From: Lytechinus pictus
Lineage: Eukaryota
NCBI RefSeq assembly: GCF_037042905.1
Contig: NC_087252.1
Span: 19,222,001-19,286,000 of the forward strand
DNA length: 64,000 bases
Reading direction: 5' to 3'
The translations under genes were made by a program, and so were the position numbers. The notes under the pieces were generated by a model. That model was given only the letters and a program-made list of their open reading frames with translations. It had not been told where the DNA came from and made no database searches. Below are positions 62,171-64,000 of this stretch, piece by piece (position 1 is the first letter of the stretch; each line of letters begins with the position of its first letter).

Positions 62171-62731
62171 TCAGTCTGTTTTCTCAAATATCTTAGCGAG
62201 TTGAGGCTGCCTAGCTCTGATAGCCAGGGACAATGTCTTGTAGGCTTGTGGTCCTTTGTCCGATAATGAATCCACCATAATCCTTGCCTTGTCCTCTTTA
62301 CTAGCACCTGCCCTTATTCTGTTACAGTCATTGCTGGTTAGGGTGCCCTCTTGCTTCATGTAATCCACAAGATCTTCAGTCTGGATGTTCAGAATGAGCG
62401 AATCTCGGCGCTTCAGGACGCGGTTCCGTTCAAACTCCCCGTTCTCTTTGTCCGACGCGCACACGGCGGTATCGTCCAGCTTGCGGACGATGTGCGCATA
62501 TCGCTCGCGGAGCGCGTACCGGAAATGCTGATATGCCATGGTGTCTTTGGTCATGATGAGGTTGAGAAGACGTCGTGCGCGCTCCTGGCGGGATTTGACG
62601 GCGTAGATCTTGTCGACTTCGAATGACGTCAGGACGGTTCCGTTGAGGTAAAGGCATACTTGTTCGGCATCGATCTCCTCAGCGATGATGTCTGCATTCT
62701 GCTGGAGCTTTTCTTTGTACCGGACGTCCAT
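62171..62731 (-). CDS. Tandem CARD-only (death-fold) protein, 186 aa
   Basis: Two ~88-aa CARD-like repeats (VLTSFEVDKIYAVKSRQERARRLLNLIMTKDTMAYQHFRYAL; LTSNDCNRIRAGASKEDKARIMVDSLSDKGPQAYKTLSLAI). Good ATG context, in-frame TGA 9 nt upstream, acceptor ctcacttgcag at 62818. Confidence 0.85.
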   Translation of the reverse strand: MDVRYKEKLQQNADIIAEEIDAEQVCLYLNGTVLTSFEVDKIYAVKSRQERARRLLNLIMTKDTMAYQHFRYALRERYAHIVRKLDDTAVCASDKENGEFERNRVLKRRDSLILNIQTEDLVDYMKQEGTLTSNDCNRIRAGASKEDKARIMVDSLSDKGPQAYKTLSLAIRARQPQLAKIFEKTD

Positions 62732-62885
62732 CTTCTTTCACGTGACCTCCAAAGTTCTGTCGAAGCTGCGACGATTGTGAAAATAGGCCTATTGACTTTC
62801 AAATTGGACGGAATGATCTGCAAGTGAGAAAGTCAGAAAAAATGGGCAAAATAAGCAATGCAAACACAAATTAACAACCAAAAGG

Positions 62886-63146
62886 GCCTTTTCACACGTG
62901 AATCTTGAATCATCATTGTAATGATGATTGCAATTCGTTTTTAGAATCATCAGACCTTTCACACGGAAAATTTGTACCGTAATTTGAGTGAAACTTAACT
63001 GGAATTCACCTCCGGAGTAGAATTTGAATATGTGATTAGCGTTCGTGATTCTAGTTTTGTTTCATACGTGCTAAATATTCGTCATTAGCCTTATTTTCCA
63101 CTGGAATCATCATTCAAATTACTTTCTTTTTACCGTGTGAAAGGGC
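62886..63146. mobile_element. MITE (Harbinger-like)
   Basis: GCCTTTTCACACG ... CGTGTGAAAGGGC. Confidence 0.6.
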
Positions 63147-63383
63147 GGAAATAAAGTGATTGAACCGATCATCATGCGTTCTCATGCACCATGCCTACAC
63201 TTCCCCTAAAAAATAGGGATTTTAAAACACAATGTACTTCATTTAAACTAGAGTCGCCATAATCATGATAAGATCAGACGAGTCCACAAAATACACCTTG
63301 CAGAGGCGGCGGAGCGAAATTGAAAGTGTTGGGGCACAGTGAAAAAACGGCACCTATTCTTTCGAAAAGGGTACTATCTTAAA

Positions 63384-63649
63384 CATGGCCGTATGCAGAA
63401 ATTTTTCGCTGGGGAGAGGGGGGGGGGGCAGCATGCATAAACATTTGGGGGGGGGGAATCGAAAGCGAGGGAGTGAAGTAGCGAGCTTATCATTGAGGCA
63501 CTTTTGAATTTTTGTAAAGTGAAATTGTTGGATTTTGTGCATATTTTTGGTGAATTTTGTGAAAATCTATACAGTAAAAAAAATATGTGTGTTTTCAAAA
63601 TTTCGGGGAGGGGGGTATCTGCCCCCCCCCCCCGCTGCATACGGCCATG
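63384..63649. mobile_element. MITE with 15-bp perfect TIR
   Basis: CATGGCCGTATGCAG ... CTGCATACGGCCATG; no clean TSD. Confidence 0.75.
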
Positions 63650-64000
63650 ATAACTCTTAAAACAAATGCATATGGAAAACTAGCGGACAGAAGGTCCTCG
63701 CTGCACGCGCGCACCCTTATAACACGCAGAATTCCCTTGCATTATACCCTTTTTTCACAAACAAATGTGTATCAAGGACAAGCGTTGATTCAGATAGAAT
63801 TTCCGCCCCCCTGAAATGAATGGTAACAACTTCTTCTATCAGATGACCATAATTTTTTTTACATTCAGTTGGTGGGAAATATGGCACTTTACTACACTAA
63901 AATCACTCAAAACCATCCATAGTCAGGAATATGTATTGGGATAATGGGTTTGGGGGACATTTTTATAGTACCCGGGTGGATTATATCCGTCGTCACATCG

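Overview
AT-rich, intron-containing animal genomic DNA. The SINE/MITE repertoire, poly-G/C tracts and gene content resemble an echinoderm, probably a sea urchin (inference). Three protein-coding genes are supported, all on the minus strand. (1) The 5' part of a PC7/PCSK7-like proprotein convertase: two coding exons at 6.1-7.4 kb, candidate non-coding exons and promoter near 17.1 and 24.3-24.9 kb, and the remainder probably left of the window. (2) A three-coding-exon, ~1813-aa C2H2 zinc-finger protein (42274-34536) with a non-coding first exon near 48.8-48.9 kb. (3) A single-coding-exon, 186-aa tandem-CARD-only protein (62731-62171). The rest is non-autonomous DNA transposons (TTAA/Kolobok-like, CWG/Harbinger-like, AcademH-like, hAT-like, CCCGG-terminated), tRNA-derived SINEs, a truncated L2/CR1 LINE, minisatellites and a near-perfect 3 x 1952 bp tandem triplication. 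The most unusual signals are: dense TACATGTA insertions that look like transposon excision scars and concentrate in the convertase gene body; a 26-bp P-element-like hairpin with a 7-bp TSD whose empty site is visible in a paralogous repeat; a shared internal architecture across TTAA elements with different termini; and the CARD-CARD gene with a 60-bp perfect hairpin in its probable 3' UTR. No database searches were possible, so family names rest on recalled motifs.
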